From NCBI GenBank assembly GCA_964016885.1, contig OZ024740.1:35464001-35528000 (forward strand): 64,000 nucleotides of DNA, in the 5' to 3' direction. Each line of letters starts with the position of its first letter. Within the stretch, counting starts at the first letter, position 1. This document shows positions 20,501 through 33,900 of the stretch, one piece after another. The translations under genes were made by a program, and so were the position numbers. The notes below the pieces were generated by a model. The model was given only the letters and a program-made list of their open reading frames with translations, did no database searches and was not told where the DNA came from. This DNA comes from Eledone cirrhosa (taxonomy: Eukaryota).

Positions 20501-23359
20501 TGATGTGGTTCAACAGGTGACAGTTAGATGTAAGGTGTAGAGGTTTAACAGACGACAGTTAGATGTGAGGTGTTGTGGTTTAACAGGTGACAGTTAGATG
20601 TAAGGTGTGGTGGTTTAACAGGTGACAGTTAGATGTAAGGTGTTGTGGTTTAACAGGTGACAGTTAGATGTAAGATGTTGTGGTTTAACAGGTGACAGTT
20701 GTATGAAAGTTGTTGTGGTTCAACAGACGAGAGTTAAATGTAAGGTGTTGTGGTTTAACAGACGACAGTTAGATGTATTGTGTTGTGATTTCACAGGTGA
20801 CTGTTAGATGTAAGGTGTTGTGGTTTAACAGGCGACAGTTAGATGTAAGGTGTTGTGGTTTAACAGGCGACAGTGAGATGTAAGGTGTTGTGGTTTAACA
20901 GGCGACAGTGAGATGTAAGGTGTAGTGGTTTAACAGGTGACAGTTAGATGTATGGTGTTGTCGTTAAACAGGCGACAGTTAGATGGAAGGTGTTGTGGTT
21001 TCACACGTGACAGTTAGATGTAAGGCGTTGTGGTTTAACAGGCGACAGTTAGATGTAAGGTGTTGTGGTTTAACAGGCGACAGTTAGATGTAAGGTGTTG
21101 TCGTTTAACAGGCGACAGTTACATGGAAGGGGTTGTGGTTTAACAGGTGACAGTATGATGTAAGGTGTTGGGGTTCAACAGGTGACAGTTAGATGTAAGG
21201 TGTAGTGGTTTAACAGACGACAGTTAGATGTAAGGTGTTGTGGTTTAACAGGTGACAGTTAGATGTAAGGTGTTGGGGTTCAACAGGCGACAGTTAGATG
21301 GAAGGTGTTGTGGTTTAACAGGTGACAGTTAGATGTAAGATGTTGTGGTTTAACAGGTGACAGTTGTATGAAAGTTGTTGTGGTTCAACAGACGAGAGTT
21401 AAATGTAAGGTGTTGTGGTTTAACAGACGACAGTTAGATGTAATGTGTTGTTTAACAGACGTTAGTTAGATGTAAGGTGTAGTGGTTTAACAGGTGACAG
21501 TAAGATGTAAGGTGTTGTCGTTTAACAGGCGACAGTGAGATGTAAGTTGTTGTGGTTTAACAGGCGACAGTGAGATGTAAGGTGTTGTGGTTTAACAGGC
21601 GACAGTGAGATGTAAGGTGTAGTGGTTTAACAGGTGACAGTTAGATGTACGGTGTTGTCGTTAAACAGGCGACAGTTAGATGTAAGGTGTTGTGGTTCAA
21701 CAGGCGACAGTTAGATGTAAGGTGTTGTGGTTTAACAGGCGACAGTGAGATGTTTTGTGTTGTGATTTCACAGGTGACAGTTAGATGTAAGGTGTTGTGG
21801 TTTAACAGGCGACAGTTAGATGTAAGGTGTTGTGGTTTAACAGGCGACAGTTAGATGTAAGGTGTTGTGGTTTAACAGGCGACAGTTAGATGTAAGGTGT
21901 TGTGGTTTAACAGGCGACAGTTAGATGTAAGGTGTTGTCGTTTAACAGGCGACAGTTACATGGAAGGGGTTGTGGTTTAACAGGTGACAGTTAGATGTAA
22001 GGTGTTGGGGTTCAACAGGTGACAGTTAGATGTAAGATTTTGTGGTTTAACAGGCGACAGTTAGATGTAATGTCTTCTGGTTTAACAGGCAACAGTTAGA
22101 TGTAAGGTGTTGTGGTTTAACAGGTGACAGTTAGATGTAAGGTGTAGAGGTTTAACAGACGACAGTTAGATGTGAGGTGTTGTGGTTTAACAGGTGACAG
22201 TTAGATGTAAGGTGTGGTGGTTTAACAGGCGACAGTTAGATGTAAGGTGTTGTGGTTTAACAGGTGACAGCTAGATGTAAGATGTTGTGGTTTAACAGGT
22301 GACAGTTGTATGAAAGTTGTTGTGGTTCAACAGACGAGAGTTAAATGTAAGGTGTTGTGGTTTAACAGACGACAGTTAGATGTAATGTGTTGTTTAACAG
22401 ACGTTAGTTAGATGTAAGGTGTTATCGTTTAACAGGCGACAGTGAGATGTAAGTTGTTGTGGTTTAACAGGCGACAGTGAGATGTAAGGTGTTGTGGTTT
22501 AACAGGCGACAGTGAGATGTAAGGTGTAGTGGTTTAACAGGTGACAGTTAGATGTATGGTGTTGTCGTTAAACAGGCGACAGTTAGATGTAAGGTGTTGT
22601 GGTTCAACAGGCGACAGTTAGATGTAAGGTTTTGTGGTTTAACAGGTGACAGTTAGATGTAAGATGTTGTGGTTTAACAGACGACAGTGAGATGTAAGGT
22701 GTTGTGGTTTAACAGGCGACAGTGAGATGTAAGGTGTTGTGGTTTAACAGGCGACAGTGAGATGTAAGGTGTAGTGGTTTAACAGGTGACAGTTAGATGT
22801 ATGGTGTTGTCGTTAAACAGGCGACAGTTAGATGGAAGGTGTTGTGGTTTCACAGGTGACAGTTAGATGAAAGGTTTTGTGGTTTAACAGGCGACAGTTA
22901 GATGTAAGGTGATGTGGTTCAACAGGTGACAGTTAGATGTAAGGTGTAGAGGTTTAACAGACGACAGTTAGATGTGAGGTGTTGTGGTTTAACAGGTGAC
23001 AGTTAGATGTAAGGTGTGGTGGTTTAACAGGCGACAGTTAGATGTAAGGTGTTGTGGTTTAACAGGTGACAGTTAGATGTAAGATGTTGTGGTTTAACAG
23101 GTGACAGTTGTATGAAAGTTGTTGTGGTTCAACAGACGAGAGTTAAATGTAAGGTGTTGTGGTTTAACAGACGACAGTTAGATGTATTGTGTTGTGATTT
23201 CACAGGTGACTGTTAGATGTAAGGTGTTGTGGTTTAACAGGCGACAGTTAGATGTAAGGTGTTGTGGTTTAACAGGCGACAGTGAGATGTAAGGTGTTGT
23301 GGTTTAACAGCCGACAGTGAGATGTAAGGTGTAGTGGTTTAACAGACGACAGTTAGATG

Positions 23360-26300
23360 TAAGGTGTGGTTTAACAGGTGACAGTTAGATGTAAGGGGTT
23401 GGGGTTCAACAGGCGACAGTTAGATGGAAGGTGTTGTGGTTTAACAGGTGACAGTTAGATGTAAGGTGTTGTGCTTTAACAGGCGACAGTGAGATGTAAG
23501 GTGTTTTGGTTTAACAGACGACAGTGAGATGTAAGGTGTTGTGGTTTAAAAGGTGACAGTTAGATGCAAGGTGTAGGAGTTTAACATCAACAGTTAGATG
23601 TAAGGTGTTGTGGTTTAACAGGTGACAGTTAGATGGAAGATTTTGTGGTTTAACAGGCGACAGTTAGATGTAAGGTGTAGTGGTTTAACAGACGACAGTT
23701 AGATGTAAGGTGTAGTGGTTTAACAGACGACAGTTAGATGTAAGGTGTAGTGGTTCAACAGAAGACAGTTAGATGTAAGGTGTAGTGGTTCAACAGGCGA
23801 CAGTTAGATGTAAGGTGTCCTGGTTTAACAGACGACAGTTAGATCTAAGTTTTAGTGGTTTAACAGACGACAGTTAAATGTAAGCTGTAGTGGTTCAACA
23901 GACGACAGTTAAATGTAAGGTGTTGTGGTTTAACAGGTGAAAGTTAGATGTAAGGTGTAGTGGTTTAACAGACGGCAGTTAGATGTAAGGTGTAGTGGTT
24001 TAATAGGCGACAGTTAGATGTAAGGTGTAGTCGTTTAACAGACGAGACTTAAATGTAAGGTGTTGTGGTTTAACAGGCGACAGTTAGATGTAAGGTGTTG
24101 TGGTTTAACAGACGTCAGTTAGATGTAAGGTGTTGTGGTCCAACGGACGAGAGATAAATGTAAGGTGTTGTGGTTTAACAGACGACAGTTAGATGTAATG
24201 AGTCGTTTAACAGTCGTTAGTTAGATGTAAGGTGTAGTGGTTTAACAGGTGACAGTTAGATGTAAGGTGTTGTCGTTTAACAGGCGACAGTTAGATGGAA
24301 GGTGTTGTGGTTCAACATGCGACAGTTAGATGTATGGTGTTGTGGTTTAACAGGCGACAGTGACATGTAAGATTTTTTTGTTTAACAGGCGACAGTGAGA
24401 TGTAAGGTGTTGTGGTTTAACAGGCGACAGTGAGATGTAAAGTGTTGTGGTTCAACAGGCGACAGTTATATGTATGGTGTTGTGGTTTAACAGGCGACAG
24501 TGACATGTAAGATGTTGTGGTTTAACAGGCGACAGTGAGATGTAAGGTGTAGTAGTTTAACAGGTGACAGTTAGGTGTAAGGTATAGTGGTTTAACAGGC
24601 GACAGTTAGATGTAAGGTGTTGTGGTTTAAGAGGCGACACTGAGATGTAAGGTGTTGTGGTTCAACAGGCGACAGTTAGATGTAAGGTGTTGTCGTTTAA
24701 CAGGCAACAGTTAGATGGAAGGTGTTGTGGTTTAACAGGTGACAGTGAGATGTAAGGTATAGTGGTTTAACAGGCGACAGTGAGATGTAAGGTGTTGTGG
24801 TTCAACAGGCGACAGTTAGATGTAAGGTTTTGTGGTTTAACAGGTGACAGTTAGATGTAAGGTGTTGTGGTTTAACAGACGACATTGAGATGTAAGGTGT
24901 TGTGGTTTAACAGGTGACAGTTAGATGTAAGATGTTGTGGTTTAACAGACGACAGTGAGATGTAAGGTGTGGTTTAACAGGTGACAGTTAGATGTAAGGG
25001 GTTGGGGTTCAACAGGCGACAGTTAGATGGAAGGTGTTGTGGTTTAACAGGTGACAGTTAGATGTAAGGTGTTGTGCTTTAACAGGCGACAGTGAGATGT
25101 AAGGTGTTTTGGTTTAACAGACGACAGTGAGATGTAAGGTGTTGTGGTTTAAAAGGTGACAGTTCGATGTAAGATGTTGTGGTTTAACAGATGACAGTTA
25201 GATGCAAGGTGTAGGAGTTTAAAAAGCAACAGTTAGATGTAAGGTGTTGTGGTTTAACAGGTGACAGTTAGATGGAAGATTTTGTGGTTTAACAGGCGAC
25301 AGTTAGATGTAAGGTGTAGTGGTTTAACAGACGACAGTTAGATGTAAGGTGTAGTGGTTTAACAGACGACAGTTAGATGTAAGGTGTAGTGGTTCAACAG
25401 AAGACAGTTAGATGTAAGGTGTAGTGGTTCAACAGGCGACAGTTAGATGTAAGGTGTCCTGGTTTAACAGACGACAGTTAGATCTAAGTTTTAGTGGTTT
25501 AACAGACGACAGTTAGATGTAAGCTGTAGTGGTTCAACAGACGACAGTTAAATGTAAGGTGTTGTGGTTTAACAGGTGAAAGTTAGATGTAAGGTGTAGT
25601 GGTTTAACAGACGGCAGTTAGATGTAAGGTGTAGTGGTTTAATAGGCGACAGTTAGATGTAAGGTGTAGTCGTTTAACAGACGAGACTTAAATGTAAGGT
25701 GTTGTGGTTTAACAGGCGACAGTTAGATGTAAGGTGTTGTGGTTTAACAGACGTCAGTTAGATGTAAGGTGTTGTGGTCCAACGGACGAGAGTTAAATGT
25801 AAGGTGTTGTGGTTTAACAGACGACAGTTAGATGTAATGAGTCGTTTAACAGTCGTTAGTTAGATGTAAGGTGTAGTGGTTTAACAGGTGACAGTTAGAT
25901 GTAAGGTGTTGTCGTTTAACAGGCGACAGTTAGATGGAAGGTGTTGTGGTTCAACATGCGACAGTTAGATGTATGGTGTTGTGGTTTAACAGGCGACAGT
26001 GACATGTAAGATTTTTTTGTTTAACAGGCGACAGTGAGATGTAAGGTGTTGTGGTTTAACAGGCGACAGTGAGATGTAAGGTGTTGTGGTTCAACAGGCG
26101 ACAGTTATATGTATGGTGTTGTGGTTTAACAGGCGACAGTGACATGTAAGATGTTGTGGTTTAACAGGCGACAGTGAGATGTAAGGTGTAGTAGTTTAAC
26201 AGGTGACAGTTAGGTGTAAGGTATAGTGGTTTAACAGGCGACAGTTAGATGTAAGGTGTTGTGGTTTAAGAGGCGACACTGAGATGTAAGGTGTTGTGGT

Positions 26301-29300
26301 TCAACAGGCGACAGTTAGATGTAAGGTGTTGTCGTTTAACAGGCAACAGTTAGATGGAAGGTGTTGTGGTTTAACAGGTGACAGTGAGATGTAAGGTATA
26401 GTGGTTTAACAGGCGACAGTGAGATGTAAGGTGTTGTGGTTCAACAGGCGACAGTTAGATGTAAGGTTTTGTGGTTTAACAGGTGACAGTTAGATGTAAG
26501 GTGTTGTGGTTTAACAGACGACATTGAGATGTAAGGTGTTGTGGTTTAACAGGTGACAGTTAGATGTAAGATGTTGTGGTTTAACAGACGACAGTGAGAT
26601 GTAAGGTGTGGTTTAACAGGTGACAGTTAGATGTAAGGGGTTGGGGTTCAACAGGCGACAGTTAGATGGAAGGTGTTGTGGTTTAACAGGTGACAGTTAG
26701 ATGTAAGGTGTTGTGCTTTAACAGGCGACAGTGAGATGTAAGGTGTTTTGGTTTAACAGACGACAGTGAGATGTAAGGTGTTGTGGTTTAAAAGGTGACA
26801 GTTCGATGTAAGATGTTGTGGTTTAACAGATGACAGTTAGATGCAAGGTGTAGGAGTTTAAAAAGCAACAGTTAGATGTAAGGTGTTGTGGTTTAACAGG
26901 TGACAGTTAGATGGAAGATTTTGTGGTTTAACAGGCGACAGTTAGATGTAAGGTGTAGTGGTTTAACAGACGACAGTTAGATGTAAGGTGTAGTGGTTTA
27001 ACAGACGACAGTTAGATGTAAGGTGTAGTGGTTCAACAGAAGACAGTTAGATGTAAGGTGTCCTGGTTTAACAGACGACAGTTAGATCTAAGTTTTAGTG
27101 GTTTAACAGACGACAGTTAGATGTAAGCTGTAGTGGTTCAACAGACGACAGTTAAATGTAAGTTGTTGTGGTTTAACAGGTGAAAGTTAGATGTAAGGTG
27201 TAGTGGTTTAACAGACGGCAGTTAGATGTAAGGTGTAGTGGTTTAATAGGCGACAGTTAGATGTAAGGTGTAGTCGTTTAACAGACGAGACTTAAATGTA
27301 AGGTGTTGTGGTTTAACAGGCGACAGTTAGATGTAAGGTGTTGTGGTTTAACAGACGTCAGTTAGATGTAAGGTGTTGTGGTCCAACGGACGAGAGTTAA
27401 ATGTAAGGTGTTGTGGTTTAACAGACGACAGTTAGATGTAATGAGTCGTTTAACAGTCGTTAGTTAGATGTAAGGTGTAGTGGTTTAACAGGTGACAGTT
27501 AGATGTAAGGTGTTGTCGTTTAACAGGCGACAGTTAGATGGAAGGTGTTGTGGTTCAACATGCGACAGTTAGATGTATGGTGTTGTGGTTTAACAGGCGA
27601 CAGTGACATGTAAGATTTTTTTGTTTAACAGGCGACAGTGAGATGTAAGGTGTTGTGGTTTAACAGGCGACAGTGAGATGTAAGGTGTTGTGGTTCAACA
27701 GGCGACAGTGAGATGTAAGGTGTAGTAGTTTAACAGGTGACAGTTAGGTGTAAGGTATAGTGGTTTAACAGGCGACAGTTAGATGTAAGGTGTTGTGCTT
27801 TAACAGGCGACAGTGAGATGTAAGGTGTTTTGGTTTAACAGACGACAGTGAGATGTAAGGTGTTGTGGTTTAAAAGGTGACAGTTCGATGTAAGATGTTG
27901 TGGTTTAACAGATGACAGTTAGATGCAAGGTGTAGGAGTTTAAAAAGCAACAGTTAGATGTAAGGTGTTGTGGTTTAACAGGTGACAGTTAGATGGAAGA
28001 TTTTGTGGTTTAACAGGCGACAGTTAGATGTAAGGTGTAGTGGTTTAACAGACGACAGTTAGATGTAAGGTGTAGTGGTTTAACAGACGACAGTTAGATG
28101 TAAGGTGTAGTGGTTCAACAGAAGACAGTTAGATGTAAGGTGTAGTGGTTCAACAGGCGACAGTTAGATGTAAGGTGTCCTGGTTTAACAGACGACAGTT
28201 AGATCTAAGTTTTAGTGGTTTAACAGACGACAGTTAGATGTAAGCTGTAGTGGTTCAACAGACGACAGTTAAATGTAAGGTGTTGTGGTTTAACAGGTGA
28301 AAGTTAGATGTAAGGTGTAGTGGTTTAACAGACGGCAGTTAGATGTAAGGTGTAGTGGTTTAATAGGCGACAGTTAGATGTAAGGTGTAGTCGTTTAACA
28401 GACGAGACTTAAATGTAAGGTGTTGTGGTTTAACAGGCGACAGTTAGATGTAAGGTGTTGTGGTTTAACAGACGTCAGTTAGATGTAAGGTGTTGTGGTC
28501 CAACGGACGAGAGTTAAATGTAAGGTGTTGTGGTTTAACAGACGACAGTTAGATGTAATGAGTCGTTTAACAGTCGTTAGTTAGATGTAAGGTGTAGTGG
28601 TTTAACAGGTGACAGTTAGATGTAAGGTGTTGTCGTTTAACAGGCGACAGTTAGATGGAAGGTGTTGTGGTTCAACATGCGACAGTTAGATGTATGGTGT
28701 TGTGGTTTAACAGGCGACAGTGACATGTAAGATTTTTTTGTTTAACAGGCGACAGTGAGATGTAAGGTGTTGTGGTTTAACAGGCGACAGTGAGATGTAA
28801 GGTGTTGTGGTTCAACAGGCGACAGTTATATGTATGGTGTTGTGGTTTAACAGGCGACAGTGACATGTAAGATGTTGTGGTTTAACAGGCGACAGTGAGA
28901 TGTAAGGTGTAGTAGTTTAACAGGTGACAGTTAGGTGTAAGGTATAGTGGTTTAACAGGCGACAGTTAGATGTAAGGTGTTGTGGTTTAAGAGGCGACAC
29001 TGAGATGTAAGGTGTTGTGGTTCAACAGGCGACAGTTAGATGTAAGGTGTTGTCGTTTAACAGGCAACAGTTAGATGGAAGGTGTTGTGGTTTAACAGGT
29101 GACAGTGAGATGTAAGGTATAGTGGTTTAACAGGCGACAGTGAGATGTAAGGTGTTGTGGTTCAACAGGCGACAGTTAGATGTAAGGTTTTGTGGTTTAA
29201 CAGGTGACAGTTAGATGTAAGGTGTTGTGGTTTAACAGACGACATTGAGATGTAAGGTGTTGTGGTTTAACAGGTGACAGTTAGATGTAAGATGTTGTGG

Positions 29301-30900
29301 TTTAACAGACGACAGTGAGATGTAAGGTGTGGTTTAACAGGTGACAGTTAGATGTAAGGGGTTGGGGTTCAACAGGCGACAGTTAGATGGAAGGTGTTGT
29401 GGTTTAACAGGTGACAGTTAGATGTAAGGTGTTGTGCTTTAACAGGCGACAGTGAGATGTAAGGTGTTTTGGTTTAACAGACGACAGTGAGATGTAAGGT
29501 GTTGTGGTTTAAAAGGTGACAGTTCGATGTAAGATGTTGTGGTTTAACAGATGACAGTTAGATGCAAGGTGTAGGAGTTTAAAAAGCAACAGTTAGATGT
29601 AAGGTGTTGTGGTTTAACAGGTGACAGTTAGATGGAAGATTTTGTGGTTTAACAGGCGACAGTTAGATGTAAGGTGTAGTGGTTTAACAGACGACAGTTA
29701 GATGTAAGGTGTAGTGGTTTAACAGACGACAGTTAGATGTAAGGTGTAGTGGTTCAACAGAAGACAGTTAGATGTAAGGTGTAGTGGTTCAACAGGCGAC
29801 AGTTAGATGTAAGGTGTCCTGGTTTAACAGACGACAGTTAGATCTAAGTTTTAGTGGTTTAACAGACGACAGTTAGATGTAAGCTGTAGTGGTTCAACAG
29901 ACGACAGTTAAATGTAAGTTGTTGTGGTTTAACAGGTGAAAGTTAGATGTAAGGTGTAGTGGTTTAACAGACGGCAGTTAGATGTAAGGTGTAGTGGTTT
30001 AATAGGCGACAGTTAGATGTAAGGTGTAGTCGTTTAACAGACGAGACTTAAATGTAAGGTGTTGTGGTTTAACAGGCGACAGTTAGATGTAAGGTGTTGT
30101 GGTTTAACAGACGTCAGTTAGATGTAAGGTGTTGTGGTCCAACGGACGAGAGTTAAATGTAAGGTGTTGTGGTTTAACAGACGACAGTTAGATGTAATGA
30201 GTCGTTTAACAGTCGTTAGTTAGATGTAAGGTGTAGTGGTTTAACAGGTGACAGTTAGATGTAAGGTGTTGTCGTTTAACAGGCGACAGTTAGATGGAAG
30301 GTGTTGTGGTTCAACATGCGACAGTTAGATGTATGGTGTTGTGGTTTAACAGGCGACAGTGACATGTAAGATTTTTTTGTTTAACAGGCGACAGTGAGAT
30401 GTAAGGTGTTGTGGTTTAACAGGCGACAGTGAGATGTAAGGTGTTGTGGTTCAACAGGCGACAGTGAGATGTAAGGTGTAGTAGTTTAACAGGTGACAGT
30501 TAGGTGTAAGGTATAGTGGTTTAACAGGCGACAGTTAGATGTAAGGTGTTGTGGTTTAAGAGGCGACACTGAGATGTAAGGTGTTGTGGTTCAACAGGCG
30601 ACAGTTAGATGTAAGGTGTTGTCGTTTAACAGGCAACAGTTAGATGGAAGGTGTTGTGGTTTAACAGGTGACAGTGAGATGTAAGTTATAGTGGTTTAAC
30701 AGGCGACAGTGAGATGTAAGGTGTTGTGGTTCAACAGGCGACAGTTAGATGTAAGGTTTTGTGGTTTAACAGGTGACAGTTAGATGTAAGGTGTTGTGGT
30801 TTAACAGACGACATTGAGATGTAAGGTGTTGTGGTTTAACAGGTGACAGTTAGATGTAAGATGTTGTGGTTTAACAGACGACAGTGAGATGTAAGGTGTT
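23360..30900 (+). repeat. Higher-order repeat of about 1639 bp (47 monomers), 4-5 tandem copies with deletion variants
   Basis: Marker gatctaagtttt at 23842, 25481, 27085, 28202 and 29841 (spacings 1639, 1604, 1117, 1639). Confidence 0.85.
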
Positions 30901-33900
30901 GTGGTTTAACAGGCGACAGTGAGATGTAAGGTGTTGTGGTTCAACAGGCGACGGTTAGATGTATGGTGTTGTGGTTTAACAGGTGACAGTTAGATGTAAG
31001 GTGTTGTGGTTTAACAGGCCACAGTGAGTTGTAAGGTGTTGTGGTTTAACAGGCGACAGTGAGATGTAAGGTGTAGTGGTTTAACAGGTGAGAGTTAGAT
31101 GTATGGTGTTGTCGTTAAACAGGCGACAGTTAGATGGAAGGTGTTGTGGTTCAACAGGTGACAGTTAGATGTAAGGTGTTGAGGTTTAACAGGCGACAGT
31201 TAGATGTAAGGTGTTGTGGTTTAACAGGCGACAGTGAGATGTAAGGTGTTGTGGTTTAACAGGCGACAGTTAGATGTAAGGTGTTGTGGTTTCACAGGTG
31301 ACAGTTAGATGCAAGGTGTTGTGGTTTAACAGGCGACAGTTAGATGTAAGGTGTTGTGGTTTCACAGGTGACAGTTAGATGAAAGGTGTTGTGGTTTCAC
31401 AGGTGACAGTTAGATGAAAGGTGTTGTGGTTTAACAGGCAACAGTTAGATGTAAGGTGTTGTGGTTCAACAGGCGACAGTTAGATGTAAGGTGTTTAGGT
31501 TTAACAGGTGACAGTTATATGTAAGGTGTTGTGGTTTAACAGGCGACAGTGAGATGTAAGGTGTTGTGGTTTAACAGACGACAGTGAGATGTAAGGTGTT
31601 GTGGTTTAACATGTGACAGTTCGACGTAAGGTGTTGTGGTTTAACAAACGTCAGTTAGATGTAAGGTGTTGTGGTACAACAGGCGACATTTAGATGTAAG
31701 GTGTTGTGGTTTAACAGGTGACAGTTAGATGTAAGGTGTTGTGGTTTAACAGGTGACAGTTAGATGTAAGGTGTAGGGTTTTAACAGGCAACAGTTGGAT
31801 GTAAGGTGTTGTGGTTTAACAGGTGACAGTTAGATGTAAGATTTTGTGGTTTAACAGGCGACAGTTAGATGTAATGTCTTCTGGTTTAACAGGCAACAGT
31901 TAGATGTAAGGTGTTGTGGTTTAACAGGTGACAGTTAGATGTAAGGTGTAGAGGTTTAACAGACGACAGTTAGATGTGAGGTGTTGTGGTTTAACAGGTG
32001 ACAGTTAGATGTAAGGTGTGGTGGTTTAACAGGCGTCAGTTAGATGTAAGGTGTTGTGGTTTAACAGGTGACAGCTAGATGTAAGATGTTGTGGTTTAAC
32101 AGGTGACAGTTGTCTGAAAGTTGTTGTGGTTCAACAGACGAGAGTTAAATGTAAAGTGTTGTGGTTTAACAGACGACAGTTAGATGTAATGTGTTGTTTA
32201 ACAGACGTTAGTTAGATGTAAGGTGTTGTCGTTTAACAGGCGACAGTGAGATGTAAGTTGTTGTGGTTTAACAGGCGACAGTGAGATGTAAGGTGTTGTG
32301 GTTTAACAGGCGACAGTGAGATGTAAGGTGTAGTGGTTTAACAGGTGACAGTTAGATGTATGGTGTTGTCGTTAAACAGGCGACAGTTAGATGTAAGGTG
32401 TTGTGGTTCAACAGGCGACAGTTAGATGTAAGGTTTTGTGGTTTAACAGGTGACAGATAGATGTAAGATGTTGTGGTTTAACAGACGACAGTGAGATGTA
32501 AGGTGTTGTGGTTTAACAGGCGACAGTGAGATGTAAGGTGTTGTGGTTTAACAGGCGACAGTGAGATGTAAGGTGTAGTGGTTTAACAGGTGACAGTTAG
32601 ATGTATGGTGTTGTCGTTAAACAGGCGACAGTTAGATGGAAGGTGTTGTGGTTTCACAGGTGACAGTTAGATGAAAGTTTTTGTGGTTTAACAGGCGACA
32701 GTTAGATGTAAGGTGATGTGGTTCAACAGGTGACAGTTAGATGTAAGGTGTAGAGGTTTAACAGACGACAGTTAGATGTGAGGTGTTGTGGTTTAACAGG
32801 TGACAGTTAGATGTAAGGTGTAGTGGTTTAACAGACGGCAGTTAGATGTAAGGTGTAGTGGTTTAATAGGCGACAGTTAGATGTAAGGTGTAGTCGTTTA
32901 ACAGACGAGACTTAAATGTAAGGTGTTGTGGTTTAACAGGCGACAGTTAGATGTAAGGTGTTGTGGTTTAACAAACGTCAGTTAGATGTAAGGTGTTGTG
33001 GTCCAACGGACGAGAGTTAAATGTAAGGTGTTGTGGTTTAACAGACGACAGTTAGATGTAATGAGTCGTTTAACAGTCGTTAGTTAGATGTAAGGTGTAG
33101 TGGTTTAACAGGTGACAGTTAGATGTAAGGTGTTGTCGTTTAACAGGCGACAGTTAGATGGAAGGTGTTGTGGTTCAACATGCGACAGTTAGATGTATGG
33201 TGTTGTGGTTTAACAGGCGACAGTGACATGTAAGATGTTTTTGTTTAACAGGCGACAGTGAGATGTAAGGTGTTGTGGTTTAACAGGCGACAGTGAGATG
33301 TAAGGTGTTGTGGTTCAACAGGCGACAGTTATATGTATGGTGTTGTGGTTTAACAGGCGACAGTGACATGTAAGATGTTGTGGTTTAACAGGCGACAGTG
33401 AGATGTAAGGTGTAGTAGTTTAACAGGTGACAGTTAGGTGTAAGGTATAGTGGTTTAACTGGCGACAGTTAGATGTAAGGTGTTGTGGTTTAAGAGGCGA
33501 CACTGAGATGTAAGGTGTTGTGGTTCAACAGGCGACAGTTAGATGTAAGGTGTTGTCGTTTAACAGGCAACAGTTAGATGGAAGGTGTTGTGGTTTAACA
33601 GGTGACAGTGAGATGTAAGGTATAGTGGTTTAACAGGCGACAGTGAGATGTAAGGTGTTGTGGTTCAACAGGCGACAGTTAGATGTAAGGTTTTGTGGTT
33701 TAACAGGTGACAGTTAGATGTAAGATGTTGTGGTTTAACAGACGACAGTGAGATGTAAGGTGTTGTGGTTTAACAGGCGACAGTGAGATGTAAGGTGTTG
33801 TGGTTCAACAGCCGACGGTTAGATGTATGGTGTTGTGGTTTAACAGGTGACAGTTAGATGTAAGGTGTTGTGGTTTAACAGGCCACAGTGAGTTGTAAGG

